DNA of 64,000 bases. Source: Camelus ferus (lineage: Eukaryota). This document shows positions 1 through 11,994 of the stretch, piece after piece. The notes under the pieces were generated by a model. That model did not search any database and was not told the DNA's origin. It saw nothing but the letters and a program-made list of their open reading frames with translations. A program made the translations under genes and the position numbers. The DNA lies in the NCBI RefSeq assembly GCF_009834535.1, contig NC_045696.1, forward strand, positions 39,992,001 through 40,056,000. The letters run 5' to 3'. Position 1 is the first letter of the stretch; every line of letters begins with the position of its first letter.

Positions 1-1082
1 GAAGAGAAAAAGAATATCAAAAATAATAATGGAAAAAGGGACTGGAAATGGTAAAAAGAGAAATGGTAATATTTCCATGGAATTTTTTAAGTATTATAAA
101 AACATTATGGAGAAATTATGCCAATAAACTTGTAGACTTAGATGAAATTGAGAACTTTCCAGACAAACATAAGTTGGCAAAATTGCCTGAGGAAGAAACA
201 ATAACCATTAAATAAGTTAAGTAAATTATATAATCTTATCTTAGCTAAAAATACCAAACTTTTAGGAACAAATGATTCAAACCATATAAAAATGCTTCAG
301 AGAATAGCTAATGAGGGGAAATTACCCAGCTAGTTTTATGAGACAAACATGTTTATACCCAAAGCAGACATGAACAATAAAAGAAACAAAATCTTGTAAA
401 TAGATGAAAAAATTCAATAAATTTTAAGTCATTTATGACAATTTTTTAGCAAATTAGGAATAGGAGAATTTCTGAAACTTATCTACAGTAAACACCACAC
501 TTAAATGTAAAACTTTAGAAGCATTCCGATTAAACTCAGGAACAATATGAGGATGCCTATTACTTCTTCTAACAAACAATGCACTGGAAATCCAAGGCAA
601 ACTATAAGGTAAGTTTAAAAAAAAAAAAAGTAAGAAGTATAACAAGTGCAAAAATTAGCAAAATTACCTTTATTGAGAAAATACTGGTTATAAAATCCAA
701 GAACATTTACAAGCAATTGGGACTAATAAGAGAATACTCAGCAAGTTTGCCAGATATGAGATCAATATATGAAAATCAATAGCATCCCTCCATACGGACA
801 GTCACTAATGAGTAAAATGGCAGTAAAGTACTTACTAATAATAAGATAATAAAAAGCAGGAAAGCACCTTTTAATAAGCCTATCAAAAGCTGTATAGTAA
901 ATTTTTGACAGAGCAAGCTATAAATTTGAATAAAATTTTAAAGCACTGAATAAAGAGAAAAGTATGCCAAGACAATACATCCAAAAGATATCAGTTCACT
1001 CTAATTCATTCTACAATTTTTATCCAGTTTTGACTGTAATCCCAGAAAGAATGTGTGTGCTTGTTTAATGGAACTTGCCAAA
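1..1082 (+). mobile_element. Ancient, highly decayed LINE-1 ORF2 fragment (L1M/L1ME-like), part 1
   Basis: A-rich sequence with decayed L1 ORF2 landmarks such as 'tatgccaataaacttgtagacttagatgaaattg', 'tagaagcattccgattaaactcaggaacaatatgaggatgcc' and 'cagcaagtttgccagatatgagatcaatatatgaaaatcaatagc'. No long ORF remains. Confidence 0.8.
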
Positions 1083-1390
1083 TGTCAGCCATGGGAGGCT
1101 GGAGAGGGACCCGAGGAGGTGAGCTGCCCAACTGGAAGAAGGTACGAGGAGCCGGCATAACGCGCAAGGATCTGACATGGAGCAAAACAGCCCTTCATTG
1201 ACATACAAGAGAGTGGCACGCACTCAGGCGTATGCACTCCTCCTTTTATTATGCCCACGCATGCATATTGCTCATAATGCTTACTCATGCTACTAGCACA
1301 TGCGTACATTTACTTCTTACCTCACACACAAGCAAGTTATTGTGAACTTTGACCTGGATCCCACGACCTACTCACTTAAGACTACCGACA
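1083..1390 (-). mobile_element. Solo LTR of an endogenous retrovirus, 308 bp, family unassigned
   Basis: TG...CA ends with inverted termini (tgtcag / ccgaca). Imperfect 5-bp flanking duplication ccaaa (1078-1082) / ccacg (1391-1395). It interrupts an otherwise contiguous L1 sequence and has 11 CpGs. Minus-strand AATAAA at 1245-1250. Strand is tentative. Confidence 0.7.
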
Positions 1391-2269
1391 CCACGTTTAT
1401 TCTAAAAGTCATATAAATGAATAAAAATCTAAGATTAAGTAAGAAATTTAGAAAAAAATTAGAAACAAAGAGAATAGCAAGGTATTTTAATGCTGAAGTA
1501 AATAAAATAGTGTAAAGCAGAAACTGAAATAAACTGACAGTGTCAGAGAAAAGAGACAAGAAACATATTCATACATATATTGATGTATGAAAGAGAGGTG
1601 ATATTACAAATCAGTGAGAAAACAATAATTTTTCACAAGTATTCTGAGAATTGGGTATCCAAATAAAAAACTATTACCAAATATTTGAAAGCCCTAAGTA
1701 TGAAAAGCAAAACTAAACCTTTTAAAAGAAAATATAGAATATGTTTATGATCTTGAAGTTAGGAAGGAGATATAAGACCTAAAATGCAAAATTCATTAAG
1801 TAAAAACTGACACATTTGTCTACATTATAATTAAAACTTTGTATTTAATAAAAAGTTAAAGAAAGCCACAGAATGGGAATTTATATTCACATGGGGTTTT
1901 ATCAATAAAGATTTTATTTTCAGAACATATAAATATTTACAAATAAATAAGAAAAAAATAACAACCCAACCTATATAAAGACCAATAATATACATGAACA
2001 AGATGTTCAAGAAAAAAATGTTCCAATGGCCAATAACATAGAAGTTAAAATGCTCAACCCCACAAATAATTAGGGAAATGAAAATTAAACCACTTGCAAA
2101 TTAAAACTACCTACCTTTTAAAACTCAGCAGACAAAATTTTTAAGTCTGGCAATACTCTAGGCTTGTAAAGGTTAAGGGGTCACTGGGATTCTCATACAC
2201 TGATAGCACACACAGAAACTGGCATAGCTATTTCGGAGAGAAATTTAACGATAGTAAAGTTTAATATGC
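1391..2269 (+). mobile_element. Ancient LINE-1 ORF2 3' fragment, part 2
   Basis: The L1 resumes after the LTR with 'tttattctaaaagtcatataaatg'. Later landmarks are 'ccaatggccaataacata...aaatgctcaacc' and 'ggattctcatacactgatag'. Confidence 0.75.
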
Positions 2270-2755
2270 TGTATTCATTTCTATTGCTTTGTAACAAATC
2301 ACTACAAATTTCACAGCTTCAAACAATGCAAATTTGTTAGCTTACAGTTCTGAAGGTCAGAAGTTTGTCCCGAGTCTCACTTGGCTAAAATCAAGGTATC
2401 AGTCTGCTGGGCTGCATTCCTTTCTGGAGGCTCTGAGAGAGAATCCATTTTCCCTGCCTTTTTCTAGCTTCTAGGGACTATTTATTCCTCAGCTCATGGC
2501 CCCCTTCCTCCATCTTCAAAACCAGCAACAGCTGGTTCTTTTCAGGTGCTATCTTCTAAACCTCTATTTTACTTCCTTGTCTGATTTCAAGGACTCATGT
2601 GATTAGATTGGGCCCCCCTGAGTAAGCCAAGATAATCTCCCCTTCTGAAGAAACTTAACCTTAATCACATTTATGAAATCCCTTTTGCCATGTAAAGGAA
2701 CAAATTGCCAGATTCCAAGGATACCTTTAGGGGAGCCATTAGTCTACTTACCATA
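2270..2755 (-). mobile_element. MaLR solo LTR, MLT1D/MLT1C-like
   Basis: Reverse complement of an MLT1-type LTR: 'tgtattcatttctattgctttgtaacaaatcactacaaa...cttacagttctgaaggtcagaag...ggctaaaatcaaggt'. It is homologous in opposite orientation to the copy at 59784-60262. Confidence 0.85.
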
Positions 2756-3250
2756 TGTACATGTGCTTCTTGAATTAGCAATTTTACTCCCGAGGCCTAA
2801 AAAAACTGATGCAAATGAGCTCAAAGAGATATTCAGAAATATGTTCACTGGAGCATTCTTTACATTATGAAAGATTTTAAAAATTGTGTTTATGCATAGG
2901 AAAATGGATAAATAATACTAGTGTTCCCATACAATGGAATATTGCATAGGATTAAGATGAGTATTACAAACATAATATTGAACAAACTAAAGATGCAGAA
3001 TTACCTATGTGTGAGTGCATGAGTGTGTGCATGTGTGTGCCCAGAGAGAGATGATAGATAGATGATAGAGATTATAACAACTTGAATTGGCATAATAAAC
3101 TCAAGATTTGATATAATGGTTACCTCTGGGAAGTGAGGGGAAGGGAAAGACATACAAGGATAATGTTTACACTTGGCAAAGCTAGGTGATACCTGTGTTT
3201 TCCTTAAAATATTCTCTAGATTTTTTCAGGCTTAAAGTGTTTTGCAAAAA
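2756..3250 (+). mobile_element. Ancient LINE-1 3' end (L1ME-like), part 3
   Basis: 'agcaattttactccc...gaaatatgttcactggagcatt...aaaatggataaata...catacaatggaatattgcatag' followed by a decayed 3' UTR. Confidence 0.65.
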
Positions 3251-4229
3251 GAATTTGCAGGCTTTGGCCTAAGGGCACTGAATTGAATGAAGGCATCCCA
3301 TGGAAGAAGCAATCTGATGGCTTTTAAGCACAGTAAGATATTTTGGACACTAAAATAATGTGGTTTGACAAAGCACATCTTGAAATTGGTGATGTTAAAC
3401 AGTACATCTCTAGAACACTATTCCCCCAAAAGAAACCTATTAATGCCACAGAATTATGGTAACTGCCTGTCCTAATTTAGGAACAGTGTTAGACTATATG
3501 CTAGACTAATATTTCCTTGCAAAAATAAATATGGTCATTTACATCCCAGTGTTGCTGAATGATCTCTTTGCCTTTGCCAAAATGGCCCCCTGACTGCAGG
3601 AAGAATTCCCTTCACAGATAGTCTGCCACCTCACAAATGCTTCTTTTGTCCTATGTATAAAATCAACTCTAAAGACCACCCAGATTTTACGCCTTGATTC
3701 ATTTATTTGGACATGTTTTGGCATATCTTTGCCAAGCAATGTCTTCTTCAATAAGAACAAATTACTTACATCTCATGACATGAATTCTTGAGTAGGACTC
3801 TGACTAGGACATACATTGCCTAAGGCAACAGGCTGGGCTCATTGGCTGTCTTTCAAGCAGCCCTACTTCATGTCCTACTCAACTCTGAGCACAGCCAAAA
3901 ATTATCTCAAGCCAAGTTCTTCTGGACAAAAAACACTCAACTCTTGTTTACGTCAAGCCAGTAGTAGACTCCAGCCAGATACTGGACCCATCAAGTAATT
4001 TTAATAACTAAAAGAACATATTAGATTCTTGCTCTCATTCTCTATAGGGCTGAGGCCACATTCTTATAAGTCATCCCTATGTGGAGTTTTTATATTTTAA
4101 TTTAAACTCTCTGTTGGTTTTACTGCTTCTGTACATATGATATTTCAGAATATAGTTTGCAATTATATGTATTCCTCAAGAAGTGATGCCTTAATGATAT
4201 CACAATTCTCTATTTTAGGAGAGAGTATT

Positions 4230-5120
4230 CCAAATGTTATATGACCCTCTCCATTTTGTCACTGCATTCTACTTGTATCCTAGTCATTTACCCATATTCT
4301 TTCAGAATTTGGCCTCAGCCTCTTTCTTCTTCAACCCACTGAATCTTCATGTGGGTAAGTCAACCAATCTTCAGCTACCTCTAGTCAGTAACTTTCTCCA
4401 TCTGTTATGTTCTAGAACATACAACAACACAAACTGCTCACTTCCATCACAACCTCTAATCTCTTTAGTTTATTTATATGTGGACATTATTCGTTCCTTT
4501 TTGGACTCTCCAGTTCATTGACTCTTCCATTTTTATCTTCATGTCACCTTTTATCTCATTCCTCAGATCAGACAACATGATCCAAAATTCCAGTAATTAT
4601 CCCAATAAAACCATTGAACTTTTTGCCTTTTTTCCTCAGAAAACTCTAATCCTGTATCAACTAAGTCATCTGCTTTGGAAGATAGATTGCACTATAAATT
4701 TGGAATCATAAATCTTATATTTTTCTCTGGTCAACTTGCCTTCCTACTTTCTCTAAAGATTATTTCAAACTTTCTTTTCTATCCTCAAAATTCGACTTCT
4801 GTCTCAACCTCGTACCTTAATTGTTTATTTTTAGCTGATGATATTACCATTTATTTCACAGAGAGAGATAAAATCCACCTGAAAAGGATCAACTGACTTC
4901 CTCACTGTCCAACCTACCTGAATCTGCTTGCATCTCCTCCTTCCCTCTGTACTACTAGAGGAGGTAGTGGCCCTCCAACCTGAAGTGCTTCCTCCATCCC
5001 GACTCTGGGCTCCCATGCCCTTCTGATTACTCTGGAACATTTACTTCCTCTACTTTCCTCTGAATCATCCACCTTCCACTTTACATAAGATCTTTTCCAT
5101 CACCACAGCCTAGTCTTCTG
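4230..5120 (+). mobile_element. LINE-2 ORF2 fossil
   Basis: Pyrimidine-rich, with the L2 landmark 'gctgatgatattaccatttatttcacagagagagataaaatcc'. Confidence 0.6.
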
Positions 5121-5149
5121 ACCATTCCTACCATTTTTCATTTCAGTTT

Positions 5150-6045
5150 GAAAATTTGTATTCGTTGAGTTTCCTTTTCTGTGAAACTTATATTCATATA
5201 TTGTACCTACTTTCTATGGAATCATCTTTTCCTTATTGATTTGTAGGATTCATTTGTAGATTCCAGATATAAATACTTTGTCAGCTAAACACTGCAACAA
5301 ATGTTCTATGTATTCTGCCTTTTAGATTTGTGTATGGGGTCTTTTATCATATAGGAGTTTTCATTTTACTGTAATCAGATTTAACAGGATCTTCTTGTAT
5401 GGGTTATGTATTTTGCATGTTTTTAAAAAACTGTTTTCTGATATGATGGAGATATATTTAAGTATTTTCCTTCTGAAAATTCAAAGGGTAGCTTTTTATA
5501 TTACATCTTTAATTCACATAGATTTTTTAAAAAGAACAGTATAAACTAAGAACATAATTTTATTTTTTTTGTATAATTATCCAAGCAACATTTGTTCAAT
5601 AGCCCAACTTCCATTTAACGATTTGAAAAAGGAACCTAGTCATCTACCAGATCTAAATATTTGAGTCTACTTCTACACTTTATTTTTTGCCCCACTGATT
5701 GATTTTTCTTTCATGTATCAACATCACACTGCTTTTATCATTATATTGCTATGGCTTTTTTATGTATCTTGATACCTGGTAGGGTGAGTTCCTCCATCAT
5801 ATCCTTCTCAAAACTCTTTGGGCTTCTGTTGGCTGACTGCATTTTTTAACTTTATCAATTTGCCAAGTCATAAGAAATTTTATTTTATTTTTTAGAATTG
5901 TGCTGAATTTATAGGTTAATTTTGGGTGAACTGACTTTTTAAAAAAATTTTATTGGCTCCCAGCCATAAACACGGTATGCAGCATTCATTTATTTCAAAA
6001 CACTTCTTTTATGCATTTCAAAAATAAATATTATACTTTTATCAC
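5150..6045 (-). mobile_element. Ancient LINE-1 ORF2 3' fragment, antisense
   Basis: T-rich, with antisense L1 landmarks 'tttccttattgatttgtagg...ttccagatataaatactttgtcag' and 'tagaattgtgctgaatttataggttaattttggg'. Confidence 0.75.
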
Positions 6046-6049
6046 CAAG

Positions 6050-6691
6050 TGAATAAAATATAAATTATTCAAATCAAAACACAAAGAGAAAAAAAAAGAG
6101 AGAAAACTGGAATAGGACATTTAAGACCTGTGGGAATAAAATCAGTAAGTTTAATATACATGTAACAGATCCTAGAAGAAGGAGAGAAAGTAAATGGTGT
6201 AGAAAAAGTATCTGAAGAGATTATGGCTATGATTTTCCAAAACTGATAAAAGTTGATAACCTATATATCTTTGAAGCTGCAAAAACCACACAGGATAAAT
6301 ACAAAGTAAACCATACTTAAGGAAATCATAGTTAAAATTCTGAACCAAAGACTAAGTGAAATTCATAAAAGCAATCAGAAAAAAAAACTGATAATTCACT
6401 TACACACAGGAAAACAAGAAGATTGATGGCTTATTGCTGGAAAAATATGTATTCTGAAAGTACTGAAAGAAAACAAAACAAAAATCTGTCAAACAAATTC
6501 TAGCTTCAATGAAAATATGCTTCAAAAATAAAGGCAAATTTTAAAAACTTTTAGATAGACAAAAGTTAAAAGCTAAAAAAAAATTTTTTTTTCCAACAGA
6601 TCTGCACTATAGAATAAAATCAATTATTTAGGCTAAAGAAAGCGATACCATAAGGGAGCCCAGGTTTGTAAGAAACATAAGAAGCACTGAG
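6050..6691 (+). mobile_element. Ancient LINE-1 ORF1 fragment that resumes briefly after 8640
   Basis: ORF1-like 'gacctgtgggaataaaatcag...ctagaagaaggagagaaag...aaaagtatctgaagagattatggctatgattttccaaaactg'. It is interrupted by a younger L1. Confidence 0.65.
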
Positions 6692-6890
6692 TTAGAAAAG
6701 GAAAGTAAAGAAATAATTCATTTTTAAAGTTGCATCCAAAAAAATAAAACACTTAGGAATAAATCTGACCAAGGAAGTGAAAGACTTATATGCAGACAAC
6801 TACAAAACATTGACTAAGGAAATTAAAGATGACTTAAAGAAATGGAAAGATGTCCCATATTCTTGAATTGGAAGAATTAACGTTATTAAA

Positions 6891-8262
6891 ATGGCCATAC
6901 TACACAAAGCAATCTATGGATTTAATGTGATCTCTATCAAATTACCCAGGGCATTTTTCATGGAACTAGAACAAATAATCCTAAAATTTATATGGAATCA
7001 CAAAAGACCCAGAATTGCCAGAGCAATACTGAAGAAAAAGAATAAAGCTGGAGGAATAACCCTCCCAGACTTCAGACAATACTTCAGAATGACAGTAATC
7101 AAAACAGCATGGTATTGGTACAAAAACAGACACATGGATCAATGGAACAGAATAGAGAGCCCAGAAATAAACCCACAAACTTTTGGTCAATTAATTTTTG
7201 ACAAAGGAATCAAGAACATACAATGGAGTAAAGACAGTCTCTTCAGCAAATGATAGTGGGAAAATTGGACAGCTGCATGTAAATCAATGAAATTAGAATA
7301 CTCTCTCACACCACACACAAAAATAAACTCAAAATGGCTTAAAGACAAACGTAAGACATTATAAACCTCTTAGAAGAAAATATAGATAAAGCATTGTCTG
7401 ACTTAATTCTTAGCAATGTTCTCCTAGGGCAGTCTACCTAGGCAATAGAAATAAAACCAAAAATTAACAAATGAGACTTAAACTTACAAGCTTTTGCACA
7501 GCAAAGGAAACCATAAGCAAAACAAAATGACAACCTACAGAATGGGAGAAAATATTTGCAAAAGACGAGACTGGCAAGGGCTTAATTTCCAGAATATATA
7601 AACAGTTCACACAACTTAATAACAACAACAAAAAAACACAACCCAACCCAAAAATGTGCAGAAGACCTAAACAAGCAATTTTTCAGTGAAGACACACAAA
7701 TGGCCAACAGGCACATGAAAAAATGCTCAATATCACTAATTATCAGAGAAATGCAAGTCAAATGACGATGAAGTATCACCTCACACCAGTCAGAATGGCA
7801 ATCATTCAAAAGTCCACAAATGACAAATGCTGGAGAGGCTGTGGAGAAAAGGGAACCCTCCTACACTGCTGGTGGGAATGTAGTTTGGTGCAGCTGTTAT
7901 GGAAAACAGTATGGCGGTTCCTCAAAAGACTAAAAGTAGACTTACCATATGATCCAACAATCCCACTCCTGAGCATATATCCAGAAGGAATCTTAATTCA
8001 AAAAGATACATGCACCCCAATGTTCATAGTAGCACTGTTTACAATAGTCAAGACATGGAAACAACCTAAATGTCCATTAACAGATACCCAGATAAAGAAG
8101 ATGTGGTATATTTATACAATGGAATACTACTCAGCCATAAAAAATAATAAAACAATGCCATTTGCAGCAACATGGATGGACCTGGAGAATGTCATTTTAA
8201 GTCAAGTAAGCCAGAAAGAGAAAGAAAAATACCATATGATATCACTTTTATGTGGAATCTAA
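6891..8262 (+). pseudogene. Disrupted L1 ORF2p C-terminal coding remnant (ORFs 6891-7253 and 7723-8262)
   Basis: Translations contain typical L1 ORF2p motifs '[30 protein letters not shown]', '[20 protein letters not shown]' and the Cys-rich '[18 protein letters not shown]'. Stops and frameshifts break it, and the EN and RT domains are missing. Confidence 0.9.
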
Positions 8263-8580
8263 AAAAAAAAAAGACAAACTTATTTACAAAACAGAAACAG
8301 ACTCACAGACATAGAAAACAAACATGGTTACTAGGAGGGGAAAAGGGTGGGAAAGGATAAATTGGTAGTTCGAGATTTGCAGATACTAACATATACAAAA
8401 TAGATAAACAAAAAATTCATACTGTATATAGCACAGGGAACTATATTCAGTATCTTGTAGTAACTTATGGTGAAAAAGAATATGAAAATGAATATATATA
8501 TGTTCATGTATGACTGAAGCATTATGCTGTACACCAGAAATTGACACATTGTAAACTGTACTTGCTGCACTTCAATAAAC

Positions 8581-8585
<5 letters not shown>

Positions 8586-8627
<42 letters not shown>
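8586..8627 (+). repeat. (TG)21 microsatellite in the L1 tail position
   Basis: Direct read of the sequence. Confidence 0.97.
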
Positions 8628-8631
<4 letters not shown>

Positions 8632-10734
8632 GCACTGAGGAAGAAATTACTGGGAGTAAATATGAAATAACATTTATATATACACATATATACATATACA
8701 CATTTTAAATTTGTTTGCATTCTCAGCTCTTTGATAGGCTAAAAAAACCCCACATTTTGTAGCTTAATCAGTTGACTTCATTATTAGCTCAGTAGAATTT
8801 TTTGGTTTAAAATAAATATGACACAGAATTTCCTTTACTCAAAAAAGATTCAGAAAGGACAAATACATTCTCAAGCAGAATGTGCATTATATCAAGAAAA
8901 CTATTGAGAGGGGACGTTTTATTTTGCACTATGAATAATATATTCTTGTTTCTTTTTCATTTCCCTGTCTATTTTAAACCTTAGAAAATATTAGATTCAG
9001 CTTTCCTTTAATAGTTTGTCTTTGCTGACTCTGATTTGAAATGATCACAGGCACCGAAATTTCAAAGATCTTCACAATTTCTTCCCAGTCCCAATAACTC
9101 AAAACTACAATTTCTTGGTTCCTAATTTAGATGGTTATGTCACTTCCTTGCTTTGTTAGTTAATATTAACAGTCATTTTACTGGCAGTTTGATTTGGTCA
9201 AGTCTTATTTTTGCAAAACCATTTTTTAAATGAAGGAATATAATGAATTTGGTTCTCAAAGTGCATGGAAAAAAATGTGGACCCGCCACAAAGTCATAAA
9301 AGGACAAAGGAGTTTTAGGGTCTTCTTAAAAATATGTTTTCAACAATTTTAAGATTTTAGGTCTACTTCCTTTTGTTTTGCTTCTTGATGAGATTATTAA
9401 ATTCTTTTTAACCGCACAAGTATTGCCTTCCCCTCTTCCATAGTATGAACTTTTCTTGAATGATCAATTCATGGCATTGACACAAGGAATTCTTAGTGTA
9501 TGGAATCCAATGGGACACATAATATTTGGGTTTTACTAAAGGCATGTTCTGCTATTGCACTGGAGTCACAGACTATGAATTTTAAATCACAACTGTCTTC
9601 ACCAAAAAGAATTCTTCAGCTACTAGCAGATTTATACCAATATAGTTGGTAGAGCTTCATCAAATCTTAATAAAGCATAGTAATTCTGTTAGTATTTTCT
9701 TTCTCTTTTGCCACATCTGAAGACAAGACAAGAAACTGGCATCTAGATCACTGAAAAGAATTTTCATTTCTTAAAGGACTTCTGTTAATCTGTTACTTAT
9801 ATTCAGCACCTGGTACTGGTTGTATATCTGGTGCTTTAGTCATTTTCACTCTCTGCCCCAAACCTTGTCTGACCTATAATCTCATCAACTCAATTCATGG
9901 TTATACCATCTTATAGCATCCTGAAGCACAGCCTATCTTTCTTTTTCCCCCCTATATACGTCAGTGCTATTCTATTCTAGGGAAGAACAGAGATCAGAAC
10001 TGGGACTAATCCTAATTTCAATTCCAGTTTTGATCTCTGTCCCAACTCTGGCCTCAGTTTTGGATGGAATTTTAATGATCCCATTTTCACTAGACAAATA
10101 GCCCCTTAAAACTCAATCAGAGATTCATTTAGTTTTAATCACCTACTCCTCCAGAGTAAATGGACCTTGGAAAGTTGTCAGTCCTTTATATGTCAGTGTC
10201 AATTAGAGCTGTTTCCTTTCCACCCAACACCTAATTGAGATGAGTCACATGAATAAACAAAACAAGATAAATTCCTTTGTAAGAGAGAAAAAGAAGGTAT
10301 GACTAATAATTTCAGATCAGACCAAAATTACTGGGCCAAATAAAGGTCCATGGTCTTGAGATGCTAATGAATAGAAATGCAGCCAGTAGGAAATAGTGCA
10401 AAGAGAATACCGAAATGTTGCCAAAGATGAATCTGATTGATTAACAATTCTGACTAGATAATCCCCGTTGAATAATTTTTCAACCTGCCATTCAGAATAA
10501 AGGAAGCAAATCTTTTCCTGCACCTAAAGTCAATTGTTTTTAAAATAAGACTGTAAGGAAAATATTCATTCAGAAGAGGACAAGTAAGGGACATCTGCTA
10601 TTAAGCGACAGAGAGAATTTGAGGTCAGAAGAGACTCCTACATTTTTCAGGTGTAAAGTGTACTGATTCCTCACTTTTTTAGAAAGAAAGTTGAAACTAA
10701 CATTGGAACATTGGATATAATATCAAAATAATCA

Positions 10735-10870
10735 ATTCATCAGACATATATTGAGTACTTAATATGTACCAGGTGTAATCTTGTTAGCTGTAGAGATAAC
10801 CACTAAAAGAACATGGTGTTTGTAGGTGTCTGTATTTAAAGGTCATATGAAAAAACAGATACAGATGAAT
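10735..10870 (-). mobile_element. LINE-2 3' end fragment
   Basis: 'attcatcagacatatattgagtacttaatatgtaccaggtg' matches the antisense L2 terminus. Confidence 0.55.
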
Positions 10871-11334
10871 GGCTAAGTCTTTGAACATAAAATAGCCCAA
10901 CATGACTTGAGATTCATGACTTTGGAAAAATCACACTTTATACTACTCAAACTTAAAGCAAAATCCTGTGTTATATGCTGAGTATGTGTAAGTGTAGGAA
11001 CCTCTCTCTGAATTCATACCCAGTCTGAGTTGATGGGGGGAAAAAAACCCAGTTTATTCCCCTGGTTTATTTTTCTTTTCCTAATAATGCCAGGAAGGTA
11101 GATAAGTTTTCTTCTATCAGCCAATTCCACACTCACTTAAGATAATATATGATACACATTAATACTTCAACAGTTACAATGCATATTGCAATCAAAGATC
11201 CATAGCATGAAAAAATGGAAATAATTCTGAATTCACTTTTACTTCAATTCCTATTATCTCCAAGTCAAAATGATTTTCACTTAACTTATTTTTTAGGAAT
11301 GTTTGTATTACAATAGTTTTTCCCAAGACTCTTG

Positions 11335-11990
11335 GTTTGGGCTCCTTCATGAAAAGATAAAAAGAGCTTGAAATCTGTCATCCCTGCCCTTACAACAAGA
11401 AGAAAAACAAACTGAAAATCAGTGGCTTTTCTTAGACCCATCATAGAACTATGTCACACAGAAAACCTCCATCTTAAAATCTGGAAAGACAAGTGAATAC
11501 AAAGAGTCACAGCCAAGACCTGCTTACCTGGAGCAGAAGCCACAGAAGCCGTACTGGTAGGAACACTTACCTGGTAAATTTGATGCATCGCTAGAGACTG
11601 AATGCAGATCAGCATGAGAGCGAGAAACTCCTAAGGGCTGCAGTCTTGGGTGAGGGTGGAGGCACAATTTGGGGGTCTTTACCTCCAGAAATCTCACTAG
11701 ATTCTCTTGATAAAAAGTCAAGAAAAATATCCTCATAGCTTTGGCAGAAATGGGTGAAGAGAGATTGTTATGAAATATATCCAGAGGCCTATATTCAGGG
11801 GGAAAGATTTCATCAGAATTTCATCCCACCTGAAGTAAGAGCACTGCTCCTACTCCAGACTCCTCTACCTCTACTGTCTCATTTAGGGAGAGGGAAAGTG
11901 AACAAACACTCTGAAGGTCAGAGTCACCACAGTAAAAAACACAGGCCCACTAAAAATATGAGATTTAATCATAAAATTAAAGGATAATTC
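11335..11990 (+). mobile_element. Old mammalian-wide L1 5' UTR-like fragment (L1MD/L1MC 5' end type)
   Basis: 'cttacaacaagaagaaaaacaaactgaaaatcagtggcttttcttagacccatca...tgcttacctggagcagaagcc...tggtaggaacactta' resembles recalled L1M 5'-end consensus sequences. Confidence 0.6.
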
Positions 11991-11994
11991 CATA

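Larger units (their letters stand above)
6692..8630 (+). mobile_element. Young, 5'-truncated LINE-1 (cetartiodactyl/camelid type): ORF2 3' part, 3' UTR and tail
   Basis: Well-preserved ORF2 sequence, then a 3' UTR ending 'cacttcaataaa'. Target-site duplication agcactgag at 6683-6691 and 8631-8639. Confidence 0.95.

Noticed and set aside
5150..6691. Twin-priming inversion of one L1 at the junction near 6047
   Set aside because: The inverted piece is 3' ORF2 and the forward piece is ORF1, the opposite of the twin-priming layout. Two unrelated fossils are more likely.
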